NCBI RefSeq assembly: GCF_963921235.1
Contig: NC_086097.1
Coordinates: forward strand, 60,266,001-60,330,000
Direction: 5' to 3'
Source of the DNA: Mobula hypostoma
Taxonomy: Eukaryota
DNA length: 64,000 bases
Below are positions 26,365 to 39,190 of the stretch, piece after piece. Every line of letters starts with the position of its first letter. The stretch's first letter is position 1. Under the pieces are notes generated by a model. The model had not been told where the DNA came from. It worked only from the letters and a program-made list of their open reading frames with translations, and made no database searches. The position numbers were made by a program, and so were the translations under genes.

Positions 26365-27554
26365 ATAATTTGAGACCATCTTTTTAAAAGGGATAAGTTG
26401 TTTTATCAACCCACAAAAATACTTAGGTTATTGCATTTACACAAATACAGGCTTTGATTAAAATATTGACTAAAATGAGAAAACAAGAAATAGGAGATTA
26501 AAAGCATGTTTCACAATTTTTACCTCAGTTTCACATTCAGAGCCTTCATCCAGTGATCAGAGATTTATTAGTCTCAGTCTCCAAGATGTTCAACATTTAC
26601 AAGTCCTCAAACAAGGAGTAGAAAATTCAAACTAGCCAGTATCGTCTTAGTAGAAAATTTTCACCTCACTTTCAATACAAAATGGTCAGCCCCCTCCATG
26701 TCCACCCACCCTTCGATGAAACTATGTCCCCATAGATCTGTCAGAATGGGCATAGAAGCCATTTATCCTGTTAAACAGGATTCAGATCCAGTTTAGTTTA
26801 TTCTAATTTTCACCAGGGTGCAATGAAATTCCATGATCTCATGAAACTCACAGAATAAATAGTCTACATGTTAATAACAAATACAATAAACAGAGTGATG
26901 TGCGAAACATCCAAATGATGCAAGGACAGTAGTACAATGTGAAGAAGAGAAAAAAAGAAATACAAAAATGACAATAAATTATAACAGAAAAATAGAATGA
27001 AGAGTGTCAGCACCCACCAGGAAAGGGGATGTGAAACAGATTAGTTCAGAATTTTGACACATTGGGAAAGAAACTGTTCTTGCGTCTGACCGTCTGGGCT
27101 TCCAACTATCTGCATCTTCTCCTAAAGTTAGAATGGAGAGAAGGGAATGTCCATCGTGGCAGACACTCTTGACAATACTGTTACCTTTATGATAAATGCA
27201 CTGTGTATGCTTTCAAGGGATGTGTGTTTCGGGGAAATTACCGCAAGTTCTTCCAAATTCCAGAAAATGTAGTTTTATCTACCTCGATAAATTAAGCGTT
27301 TCATCCCAGGAATCAAATTTGTGAACCACTGTTACATCTTCTTTCAGGATAATTTATTTTTTTTCAGGTAAGGCGACCATTTATTCGTATTGAAGAATAC
27401 TATCAACATTCTTAAAATATGAAAACTTATAGAAGGTGAATCAACTCTTCTCGGGCTTCCAGTCGAGTACAGATATCAATTTTAACTACTATTGATTCCT
27501 CTGGGTAACCCAAACGGATACACCTCCTGTACGCCCTGATGCAGGTTTGCACTG

Positions 27555-28135
27555 TATTGTGGGGTGGATGAAATGACCGGAGAGACAGAGTTACTGGTAG
27601 ATACAAAGTAGCTTTTTTATTCAACCAAACAAGGTAGACCAGGCATCATATGGACAGAGACGCTTTCGGTAGAAAGGTCTGCTAGCCCAATGTGGGCTCG
27701 ATATTTCTTTGCTAAACACAAAGGACAATTTCAATTTACAGAGTATAGACAATGCATAGACAATGCTTTCTTTTGCAGCTACATATAAAACATCACACTT
27801 TCTGACTTCATCCCTTCCTCCTGACGCCAGCATGTCTGGGTTGGTATTCACAGACTTGTGGAATGCAAGTTAAATCTGCAATAAATTTATTTGGTATTTT
27901 ACATGCTAACATAGAGGACAATTCATATTTATAAAGTATAGATAACGTTGAATTTGAAATTACCTGTAAACTTCACACTTCCATCCACAGTGTCTGGGCT
28001 AGTATTCCTGTATTCACAGCTTTTAGGAAATGTATTGTTGTGAACTCAATCCACAGTACTTTTGTCAAACAGAAGACTGGTGGTCAAAGTCATTTAAGTG
28101 TAAATGAATCATCTACCCAAAAACTCACTCTAACA
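27555..28135 (-). mobile_element. Solo LTR with 5-bp TSD
   Basis: TSD cactg at 27550-27554 and 28136-28140. Ends are tattg (degenerate tgttg) and taaca. AATAAA on the minus strand at ~27616-27621; internal imperfect ~190-bp tandem repeat. Confidence 0.7.
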
Positions 28136-28256
28136 CACTGTGTCTTGTCTGGCTGATATAGTATACGCAGCTCACCATTCACAGGACTAACCAATCAGGA
28201 GGGGCGGATGGCAGGGATATAAATACCACCAGACCAGACATGCCCAGGCATCATCC

Positions 28257-28292
28257 CTGATGAAGATGGCAGACTTTGTCATCAAAACATTG
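28257..28292 (+). ncRNA. Hammerhead ribozyme-like motif (degenerate, long stem II)
   Basis: CTGATGA-A-gatggcaga-c-tttgtcatc-AAAAC-att. The GAAA box and GUC site appear mutated. Confidence 0.6.
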
Positions 28293-29046
28293 GTTAAGAT
28301 CAATACCTGTACCCAGATGGAAACCTGAGAAGAGTTTATTCGTCATATACATCAGGAAAGAACTAGATCCTTTTGTTATAAACATATATTTTTACAAAAA
28401 AAGCAGGAAAATGTCATTCTGCGACTCAATCCTATTCTAAGATTCATTAAGATTGTGGCTGATTTGATCTTGGTCTCAAATCCACTAGAATGTCTGTACT
28501 CCAAACTCCTCAACTATATTTTGTCTTGTACTTGAACAAATTCATTGGCTCTATCTACACCAACACGGAATAGAGAATTTCAAAGATACACAATCCTTTG
28601 AGAGAAAAAAAATCCTCCAAATCTCCATTTTAAATGAGCAAAACTAATTTTGAAACTGTCTCCTAAGGAGAAACATCTAGTCATAATCTACCTGCCAAAG
28701 CACTTAGAATTACCACTTATTCCTCTAAGCTCCACTGAGAATAGATCCAACCCACTCAAGATAATTTTTTTTTCATTCCAGCAATCAACTCAGTGAACAT
28801 TGCCTGAATTTTCCCCATTATTTTCCTGCCCTTTATGGGTGTGGAATGGCATTTATTGTTCATACTCCTTCCAATGGAAGCCAGTTGATTAACCTTCCTG
28901 ATTGCTTGCTTATCTGTACGCCAACTTTCTGGTTTTCACATATGAGGAAACCCACACTGCTGTATGCTGCAGGATTCTGTAATCTGTCTCCCCACACCCC
29001 CCCCCCACCTTAATATGTAAATGTTTTTTGTGACTCTTTTTATTAT

Positions 29047-31371
29047 AGAGACATAGAAACATAGAAAATAGATGCAGGAGTAGGCCATTTGGCCCTTCGA
29101 GCCGGCACCGCCATTTATTATGATCATGGCTGATCATCCAACTCAGAACCCCACCCCAGCCTTCCCTCCATACCCCCTGACCCCCGTAGCCACAAGGGCC
29201 ATATCTAACTCCCTCTTAAATATAGCCAATGAACTGGCCTCAACTGTTTGCTGTGGCAGAGAATTCCACAGATTCACCACTCTCTGTGTGAAGAAGTTTT
29301 TCCTAATCTCGGTCCTAAATGGCTTCCCCTCTATCCTCAAACTGTGGCCCCTCGTTCTGGACTTCCCCAACATCAGGAACAATCTTCCTGCATCTAGCCT
29401 GTCCAATCCCTTTAGGATTTTATACGTTTCAATCAGATCCCCCTCAATCTTCTAAATTCCAACGAGTACAAGCCCAGTTCATCCAGTCTTTCTTCATATG
29501 AAAGTCCTGCCATCCCAGGAATCAATCTGGTGAACCTTCTTTGTACTCCCTCTATGGCAAAGATGTCTTTCCTCAGATTAGGGGACCAAAACTGCACACA
29601 ATACTCCAGGTGTGGTCTCACCAAGGCCTTGTACAACTGCAGTAGTAGCTCCCTGCTCCTGTACTCGAATCCTCTCGCTATAAATGCCAGCATACCATTC
29701 GCCTTTTTCACCGCCTGCTGTACCTGCACGTCCACTTTCAATGACTGGTGTATAATGACACCCAGGTCTCGTTGCACCTCCCCTTTTCCTAATCGGCCAC
29801 CATTCAGATAATAATTTGTTTTCCTATTTTTGCCACCAAAGTGGATAACTTCACATTTATCCACATTAAATTGCATCTGCCATGAATTTGCCCACTCACC
29901 CAACCTATCCAAGTCACCCTGCATCTCTTAGCATCCTCCTCACAGCTAACACTGCCACCCAGCTTCGTGTCATCCGCAAACTTGGAGATGCTGCATTCAA
30001 TTCCCTCATCCAAGTCATTAATATATATTGTAAACAACTGGGGTCGCACTACTGAGCCTTGCAGTATCCCACTAATCACCGCCTGCCATTCTGAAAAGGT
30101 CCTGTTTATTCCCACTCTTTGCTTCCTGTCTGCTAACCAATTCTCCACCCACACCAATACCTTACCCCCAATACCGTGTGCTTTAAGTTTGCACACTAAT
30201 CTCCTGTGTGGGACCTTGTCAAAAGCCTTTTGAAAATCCAAATATACCACATCCACTGGTTCTCCCCTATCCACTCTACTAGTTACATCCTCAAAAAATT
30301 CTATGAGATTCGTCAGACATGATTTTCCTTTCACAAATCCATGCTGACTTTGTCCGATCATTTCACCGCTTTCCAAATGTGCTGTTATCACATCCTTGAT
30401 AACTGACTCCAGCAGTTTCCCCACCACCGACGTTAGGCTAACCGGTCTATAATTCCCCGGTTTCTCTGTCCCTCCTTTTTTAAAAAGTGGGGTTACATTA
30501 GCCACCCTCCAATCCTCAGGAACTAGTCCAGAATCTAACGAGTTTTGAAAAATTATCACTAATGCATCCACTATTTCTTCGGCTACTTCCTTAAGCACTC
30601 TAGGATGCAGACCATCTGGCCCTGGGGATTTATCTGCCTTCAATCCCTTCAATTTACCTAACACCACTTCCCTACTAACATGTATTTTGCTCAGTTCCTC
30701 CATCTCACTGGACCCTCTGTCCCCTACTATTTCTGGAAGATTATTTATGTCCTCCTTAGTGAAGACAGAACCAAAGTAATTATTCAATTGGTCTGCCATG
30801 TCCTTGCTCCCCATAATCAATTCACCTGTTTCTGTCTGCAGGGGACCTACATTTGTCTTTACCAGTCTTTTCCTTTCTACATATCTATAAAAGCTTTTAC
30901 AGTCTGTTTTTATGTTCCCTGCCAGTTTTCTCTCATAATCTTTTTTCCCCTTCCTAATTAAGCCCTTTGTCCTCCTCTGCTGAACTCTGAATTTCTCCCA
31001 GTCCTCAGGTGAGCCACTTTCTCTGGCTAATTTGTATGCTTCTTCTTTGGAATTGATACTATCCCTAATTTCTCTTGTCAGCCACGGGTGCACTACCTTC
31101 CTTGATTTATTCTTTTGCCAAACTGGGATGAACAATTGTTGTAGTTCATCCATGCAACCTTTAAATGCTTACCATTGCATACCCACCGTCAATCCTTTAA
31201 GTGTCATTTGCCAGTCTATCTTAGCTAATTCACGTCTCATACCTTCAAAGCTACCCCTCTTTAAGTTCAGAACCTTTGTTTCTGAATTAACTATGTCACT
31301 CTCCATCTTAATGAAGAATTCCACCATATTATGGTCACTCTTACCCAAGGGGCCTCTCACGACAAGATCGC
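29047..31371 (-). mobile_element. Young 5'-truncated CR1 LINE (APE end, RT, 3' UTR)
   Basis: ORFs 31169-31360 (GKSDHN), 29804-31153 (KSPGPDG, DFQKAFDKVPH, FADD), 29433-29924 and 29143-29406. (ATAGAAAC)n tail; possible TSD tattat at 29041-29046 and 31372-31377. Confidence 0.96.
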
Positions 31372-32024
31372 TATTATGTATGAGTGCTTACTCTGATTAT
31401 ACTGCTATACTTCCAAGGATTTTCTAATATAGTTCCTCATATTGCATGGATCCTGCTTATAATATTAATGAATGACATGGAACAGAAGGTTTGCACTGCC
31501 AAATAATTGAATTTGCTGCAGGCAGGAGCAAGCAAAATGTCAGTTGATGAGGGAAACTTGGACCAATTATATTGATAAACTGAGATAAAGCAGTTGAATT
31601 TTAATACAAATATTATCACAGAGTAGCTGATTTACAACTAGATAACAGTTAGAAAGTAAGTGTTTTACTTAAACAGGCAAGACTTCCTCACTGCCATTCT
31701 GAAAATGACAGAAAATCTGATTAAAGTTAATAATTTAGCTGATTAACATAAAAAGCTAGCAGTAAACTTCCAAGTCTGGAACGTGATCAAATATCTGAAA
31801 GATAAAATAAAATCTAGCAGGACATGAATTGTGTGGGATTGATTTCAAGTGCTGGTTATGAAGTGAAACATATTTAGTTCAAGGCCTATTGACACCTTTA
31901 GAAGGAATGTGAATCCATACCTGTGATTATGGTGCTAATTATAAAGTGTCTCTGGGGTTCTGGAAATAGGTGTTTTGAAAAGAGAACCAGAAAGGATGAA
32001 GTTAGATACTGAGGATCCATTCAT

Positions 32025-33140
32025 AAACAAGAGATAATCTGCAGATGCTGGAGATCCAAGCAACGCACACAAAATGCTGGAGGGACTCAGCAGACTGAGC
32101 AGTATCTATGGAAAACAGAACAGTCACCATTTCAGGGCTTCATCAGTACTGGAAAAAATATGAGGAGTCAGAGGAAGAAGGGTAATAGATGAAACCGGGA
32201 GGGGTGAAGTAAAGAGCTGGGAAGTTGATTGGTGAAAGAGAGCCAGGACTGGAGAAGGGGGAGTCTGATAAGAGAGGACAGAAGGCCATGGAAGAAAGAA
32301 AAGGGGGAAGAGCATTTGAGGGAGGTGATACGCAGGTAAGGAGATAGGTGAGAAAGGGAAATGGGAATGTTGAAGTGGTGGGGGGCATTACCAGAAGTTT
32401 AAGAAATCACTGTTCATGTTAACAGGTTGGAGGCTACCCAGGCGGAATATAAGGTTTTGCTCCTCCAACCAGAGTGGAGCCTCATCATGACAGCAGAGGA
32501 GGCCATGGACTGACATGTAGGGATGGGAATGTTAAGTGGAATTAAACTGGGTGGCTACTGGGAGATCCCACTTTTTCTGGCAAATGGGATGTAGGTGCTT
32601 GGATTGGAAGCGGTCTCCCAATCTGCTTTGGGTCTCACCGATATATAGGAGTCCACACCGAGAGCACTAGATACAGTAGGTGACCCCAACAGACTCACAG
32701 GTGAAATGTTGCCTCTCCTGGAAAGACTGTTTGGGGACCAGAATGGTAGTGAGGGAGGATGTAGGTTCAGGAGTAGCACTTGTTCTGTTTGCAAGGATAT
32801 GTGCCAGGAGGGAGATCGGTGGGGAGGGATGAATGGACCAGAGCGTTGCATATGGAGCAATCCCTGTGGAAAGCAGAAATTGGTGGGGGGAGGGTGAAGG
32901 GAAAGATGAGCTTAATGGCGTGATCCCATTGGAGATGGTGGAAGTTATGGAGAATTATGTGCTGGATGCAGAGGCTTTTGAGGTGGTAGGTGATGACAAT
33001 GGGAACCCTATCCCCAGGGTGGAGTGGCAGGATGGTGTGAGGACAGACAAGCAGGAAATTGAAGTGATGTGGTTGAGGTCAGCGTTAATGGTGGAGGAAG
33101 GGAAGCCCGTTTCATTGAAGAAGGAGGTTCCTCTTGTTGA
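32025..33140 (-). mobile_element. Penelope-like element 3' part (RT thumb, GIY-YIG, terminal repeat), diverged
   Basis: SFFNETGFPSSTIN in ORF 32955-33143; colinear with the minus arm at 50044-51230; degenerate hammerhead at 32121-32151. Confidence 0.88.
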
Positions 33141-33189
33141 CACCTAGGACCCCACCTCTCACATGTCTATAAACTATAAATTACAATAA

Positions 33190-34060
33190 GAAATATATAT
33201 GATTAAATAAAGAGTGCAAAAAGAGTTCATCGTCCTTCCATAAATTTGATGGTGCTAGGGAAGAAGCTGTTCCTAAGATGTTAAGGGTGAGTCTTTAGAC
33301 TCCTGTCCTTCCCCCTTGATGGTCGAAATAAGAAGAAGGCATGTCCTGGGTGATGGGAGTCCAATGGATGCCACATTTTGAAGCTGTCCTTGATGCTGTG
33401 GAGGCTAGAGCCCACGATGGATTTGGCTGAGTTTACAACTATCTGCAGCTTTTTCCAACCCTGTGCAAAGGTCTCTCCATACCAGGCGTAATGCAACCAG
33501 TTAAAATACTCTCCACTGTACATCTGTAGAAACTTGTGAGCGTCTTTGGTGACATATCAAGTCTCCTCAAACTCCTGATGAAATAGAAGAGCTGTCATGC
33601 TGTCTTTGGAATTGCATCAATATGTTGGGCCCAAGATAGATCTTCAGAGATGTTGATCCCCAGGGGCTTAAAACTGCTCACCTATTCCACTGTTGATCCC
33701 TCATTGAGACCAGTCTGTGTTCCCTCAGCTTCCCCTTCCTGAAGTCCACAATCAATCCCTTGATCTTATGGATACTGAGTGCAAGATTGTTGTTTTGACA
33801 CCACTTAAACAGCTGATCTATCTCACTCCTGTACACCTCCTCGTTACCATCTGAAATTCTGCTAACAATAGTTGTGTCATTGGCAAATTTATAGATGACA
33901 TTTGAGCTGTGCCTATCCTCATAGACATAGTGCAGAGTATAGCAGTGGGCTAAGCATGCAAACTTGAGGTATGTCAATGTTGATTGTCAACAAGGAGAAG
34001 ACGTTAGTTCCAGTCTATACTGACCATGGTCTCCCAAAAAAGAAGTCAAGGATCCATTTG
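33190..34060 (-). mobile_element. Rex1/Babar-type LINE fragment
   Basis: IYKFANDTTIVSRISDGNEEVYRSEIDQLFKWCQNNNLAL...IVDFRK; homologous to 58300-59000. Confidence 0.85.
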
Positions 34061-34714
34061 CATTGATCCATGGTATTTCCAGAGCAACTTTTTTTTTCTT
34101 TTGCTGAGATATTATATTTATCATTACATATTTTCAGAAACAGTAAAACAGAGAACACAGTTGTTTAGAAATGGGATCCATTAGCACCCAATACTTATGT
34201 GCAGATAGTGGTTTTGATTGATTTTTGCCAAGTTAAATTAAGCCCAAAGTCATTTCTGGGTCAAATCACCATTTAGGAAATTAGTTCAGGCATTTAATCA
34301 CATGTACTATCTTAAGGTGGCTAATGTTGGCCCAGCATCAGTCATGCACCTAAAGATAACATAGATCACACATTGCATATTCCGTCCACAGTTGGCAGAA
34401 ATTGGAGCATTTGGAGAGAACATTTTACTGATTACTCACAAAAACAAAATAACAGCTCTTTCTTCAGGGATTGGAATTGGAATGGTGTTTATAGTGTCTG
34501 CACTTTGATATTAATGGCCTGCACACAGCATCTGCCAGTCTCCATTTCCAGTACTCAGCATTATTGGAAGCGATTTGGTGGTGGACCTAAGCCATCAGTT
34601 GTCACTGAATACAGATTTCAAAAATAGCACCATAAAATTCTACAAACACTGAGCCAGTCAGGCAGTGACTATGGGAAGAGAAGTAGAGGCACAAAAGCCT
34701 CATATCTTCTGCTC

Positions 34715-35281
34715 CATAACATCTGTACACACCAGCTATGTGGTGAAAATGCACAGCAGCACCTCTTTCACCTCAGATGGTTGAGGAAGTTTGGTATGGG
34801 CCCCCAAATTCTAAGAACTTTCTACAGGGACACAACTGAGAGCATCCTGACTGGCTGCATCACTGCCTGGTATGGAAACTTTATCTCCCTTAATCACAGG
34901 ACTCCAGAAAGTGGTGTGGACAGCCCAGCGCAACTGTAGTTGTGAACTTCCCATGATTCAGGACATTTACAAGGACAAGTGTTTAAAAAGGGCCTGTAGA
35001 ATCACTGGGGACCCAAGTTACCCCAACCACAATCTATTCCAGCTGCTACCATCCGGGAAATGGTACTGCAGCATAAAAATCAGGACCAATAGGCTCCGGG
35101 ACAGCTTCTTCCACCAGGTCATCATACTGATGAACTCACACTGATTTGACTGTTCTATTTATTATAAACTATTATAAATTACTGTGATTGCACATTGCAC
35201 ATTTAGGTGAAGATGTAACGTAAAGAATTTTACTCCTCATGTATGTGAAGGATGTAAGAAATAAGGTCAATTCAATTCAAT
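34715..35281 (+). mobile_element. Rex1/Babar-type LINE 3' fragment with (CAATT)n tail
   Basis: LQKVVWTAQR...DPSYPNHNLFQLLPSGK...RLRDSFF. Confidence 0.85.
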
Positions 35282-36494
35282 CAGCTACCCCTTCTCCCAA
35301 TTCCTACCCTGCTCCAGCCAAGCTGTTGCTAAACTTCTATCATTTTCATTTTTGCCCCCATTGAGTGGTACACAAACAATCTCCCAGCCTGCCACTCGCT
35401 CTCACACCTATTATATTCAACTCATTTAAAGATCCAAACCCCTTTTTCTATTCCACACTTACAATCATGCCATTCTATATTAACCTTCCTCAGTCAATGC
35501 CTCAAACATGATATTCTCATCCTGATGCTTATGCTCTATTCTAGCCTCATGCTTACATAGTCTAACCTCTCCTTATCCATTTAAACCCAATCTCTTGAAA
35601 CCCAATAACATTTCCAGTTTTCCAACGTCCTTCCCTACTTCTGAAGGCTAATCTTTATCTGCTTAGATACAGCAATTCAGAATTTGCTCCCAAGACACCT
35701 TCCCTTCCCTCCCCACATATTTAAACGCTATCTTAAAAATTCATCTGTTTGACTAAGTTTGGGTCACCCATATTATTATTTCCTTGTATGTTTCCATATC
35801 AATTAGTTCCATGATTGCACAGCTGTAGAATATATATGTCATGGTATAGTAAAATTGCTATGTTAATGCAAATTGTTTTAGGAAATGTGTTTTTCATTAT
35901 ATCAAAACAATCATCAGTCTCTTCTTGTCTGATATTTAGAAAAACACTGAAGTGTTCACCACATATCACTGTTTCTGCAAAGTGATTTGTAAGGCTTAGA
36001 AAAAGCTTTCCAAAGTCTGCAGCAAAGATAATCTCAAATCCATTAATTAAATCAGAATCTTATTTCGGGTATATATTTACAGAAGAATAATGAGGGAATG
36101 TTGGCTGACAGTTAGCTTTTCTCTGTAGTTATTCTTTAAGTTCAATGCAGAAGCCACTTCTCATAAACAACACTTACTTCCTGTGGATTGGATTACAGTT
36201 AATCAAGGATACCTTACCTTAAACAGACAATAACTACCTTCCCTGAGACCTCCTCGACATTTACTAGACTACTAGACACATTCTGTAAAGTGCTGTAGGA
36301 CTATTAAAACAAGAACTACATACCCTTGAAAGGTTCTTTCCCAGGCAGTTCATCTGGTCAACCACTCCAGTTAGACCCCTTCATAAATCCCTACCTATTA
36401 TCTCCGTCATTGCACTGTACTATAACCACTTTAAACCACTTTTTATAATGCTATTTATATCGTAAATATATGCTGATATTTATGCATATTTCAT

Positions 36495-39190
36495 TCAATA
36501 CAATGGAGTAAAGGAAATTATAGAGGCTTGAGAGATGAGTTGACCAGAATTAATTAGAAAACAACACTGGCAGGGATGATGGCAAAGCAACAATGACTGG
36601 AATTTCTGAGAGCAATTTGGAAGGCACAGGATATATACATCCAAAAGAGCAAGAAGTATTGTAAAGGCAGGGTGACACAACCATGGCTAACAGGAGAAGT
36701 CAAAGCCAACAGAAAAGCCAAAGAGAGGGCATATAATAGAGCAAAAATTAATGGGATGTTAGATGATTGGGAAACTTTTATGTGCCAACAGAGGCAACTA
36801 AAAAAGTCATTAAGAAGGTAAAGATGGAATACGAAAGTGAGCTAGCCAATAATATTAAAGGGGATACCAAAAGTTTCTTCATATATATAGAATGTAAGAG
36901 AGGCAAGACTGGATATCGGACCACTGGAAAACGATGCTAGAGAGGTAGTAATTGGGGACAAGTAAATGTTGAATGAACTGAATAAGTATTTTGCATCTGT
37001 CTTCACTGTGGAAGACAATAGCAGTATGGTGAAAGTTCCAAGTGTCAAGAGCCATAAAGTGTGTGGATGTTACTATTACTAGAGTGGTCTCCCCAGTAGA
37101 TAAGTTATCCGGACCAGATGGAATACACCCCAGTGTTCTGAAAGAGGTAACTGATGAACTTGTCTTGGCATTAGTAATGATCTTTCAAGAATCATGAGAT
37201 TGTGGAATTGTTCCAGAAGACTGAAAAATTGCAAAAATCACTCCACTCTTCAAGAAGGGAGAGAGGCAGAAGAAAGGAAATTATAGGCAAGTTAGTCTGA
37301 TCTCAGTGGCTGGGAAGATGTTGGAGTTGATTATAAAGGATGTGGTTTTGGTGTATTTGGAGGCTCATGATAAAATGGCTTCCTCAAGGAAAAACCTTGC
37401 CTGATTAATCTGTTGGAATTCTTTGAAGAAACAACAAGCAGGATAAACAAAGGAGAATCGGTTGACGTCACGCACTTGGATTTTCGGAAGACTGTTGACA
37501 AGCAGCCACACATGACACTGTTTAACAAGCTATGAGCCCATGATAGTACAGGAAAGATTCTAGCATGGATTACTGTGTGGCTGATTGGCAGGTTGCAAAG
37601 AGTTGGAATAATAGGAGTCTTTTCTGGTTGGCTGCCAGTGACTAGTGGTGTTCCAGAGGAGTCTGTGTTGAGATTGATTCTTTTTACATGATATGTTAAT
37701 GCTTTGAATGATGGAATTGATAACTTTGTTGCAAAGGTTGCAGACAATACGAAGATAGGTGGAGGGTCTGGCAGTTTTGAGAAAGTAGAAAGGTTACAAA
37801 AGGATTTAGACAGATTAGAGGAATGGACAGATGGAATACAATGTTGGGAAGTATACAAGTGGTGATTGATATGTTCATGGCCTAAGGTAGAAGAAGTCAA
37901 TTTTAGAAAACCTAGCACATTTATTTTTCAACATAGTCCCTTCCTATATTTACACACTTAGTCCAGCGGTTGTGGAGCATACAGATCTTGGACCTCCAGA
38001 AAGTGTCCACAGATGGGTAATTGATAAGTTCGTGGCCCAAGGTAGAAGGAGATGAGTTATATAGCTCTCGTTACATCCACAAACTTATCAATCACCCCTG
38101 ATGAGTTATTCGCTGATGAGTTATTAACTTCAAACTGTCTGCATAATCACTGAAAGAGCTGAACTGCATGTGCATGTATCGAGAGCCGTATAATTCATCT
38201 CCTTCTACCTTTGGCCAGAAACTTACCAATCGTCCCTGAAGTGGGCACTTTCTGGAGGTCCAAGATCTGTATGCTCCACGACCGCTGGACTAAGTGTGTA
38301 AATGTAGGAAGGGACTATGTTAAAAAATAAATGTGCTAGGTTTTCTAAAATTGACTCCTTCTACCTTAGGCCACAAACTTATCAATCACCCCTTGTATTA
38401 TCATCCATTTTGGTAGAAGAAATGAAAAGGTTGACTATTTTCTAATTGGAGAGAAAACACAAAATCTGAGGTGCAAAGGGACTTGGGAGACCTTGTGCAG
38501 GATTCCCTAAAGGTTAAGTCTGTGGTGAGGAAGCAAATGCGATGTTAGCATTTATTTCAAGAATTAGATTATAAAAGCAAGGATGTACTGTAATGTTGAA
38601 ACTTTATAAAGCACTGGTGAAGCCTCAGTTGGAGTATTGTGTGCAGGTTTGGGCCCCTTATCTTACAAAGGATGTTCCGAAACTGGAGAGGTTTCAAAGG
38701 AGGTTCATGAAAATGATTCCAGGATTAAATGGCTTGTCATATGAAGAGTATTTGATGGCTCTGGGCCTGTATTCAGTGGAATTTAGAAAAATGAGGGGTG
38801 ACCTCATTGAAACCTATTAAATGGTGAAAGGCCTTGGCTGAGTGGGTGTTAAAGAGGATGTTTTCTATGATAGGAGTGCATAAGACCAGAGGACACAGCC
38901 TCAAAATAGAGGGGCATTCTTTTATAATGGAGATAAGGAGGAATTTGTTTAACCAGAGAGTGGTGAATCTGTAGAATTCATTGCCATAGGCAGCTGTAGA
39001 AGTCAAGTATTTATTCGTATTTAAAGCAGAGGTTGATAGATTCTTGATTGGTCAGGGCATGAAGGGATGTAGGGAGAAGGCAGGAGATTAGGGCTGAGAG
39101 GAAAAATGAATCAGCCATGATGTAATACTGTGGCTGACTTAATGGGCCAAATAGCCTAATCCTGCTCATATACGCTATGGTCTTATTATG
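36495..39190 (+). mobile_element. Degenerate CR1 LINE interrupted by a MITE
   Basis: RT remnants at 37100-37850 and LKLYKALVKPQLEYCVQVW...RGDLIETY (38593-38820); CR1 3' UTR to ~39190. Confidence 0.9.
37856..38395. mobile_element. Tc1/mariner-like MITE (long palindrome, TA target)
   Basis: TA|caagtggtgattgata... and ...tatcaatcaccccttg|TA; arms of about 200 bp are reverse complements; no ORF; the CR1 sequence is continuous across the site. Confidence 0.88.

Larger units (their letters stand above)
27436..28370. mobile_element. Second family of Penelope-like terminal repeat (inverted ends), interrupted by a solo LTR
   Basis: 27436-27490 is an imperfect reverse complement of 28290-28343; hammerhead-like motif at 28257-28292. 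Confidence 0.65.
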
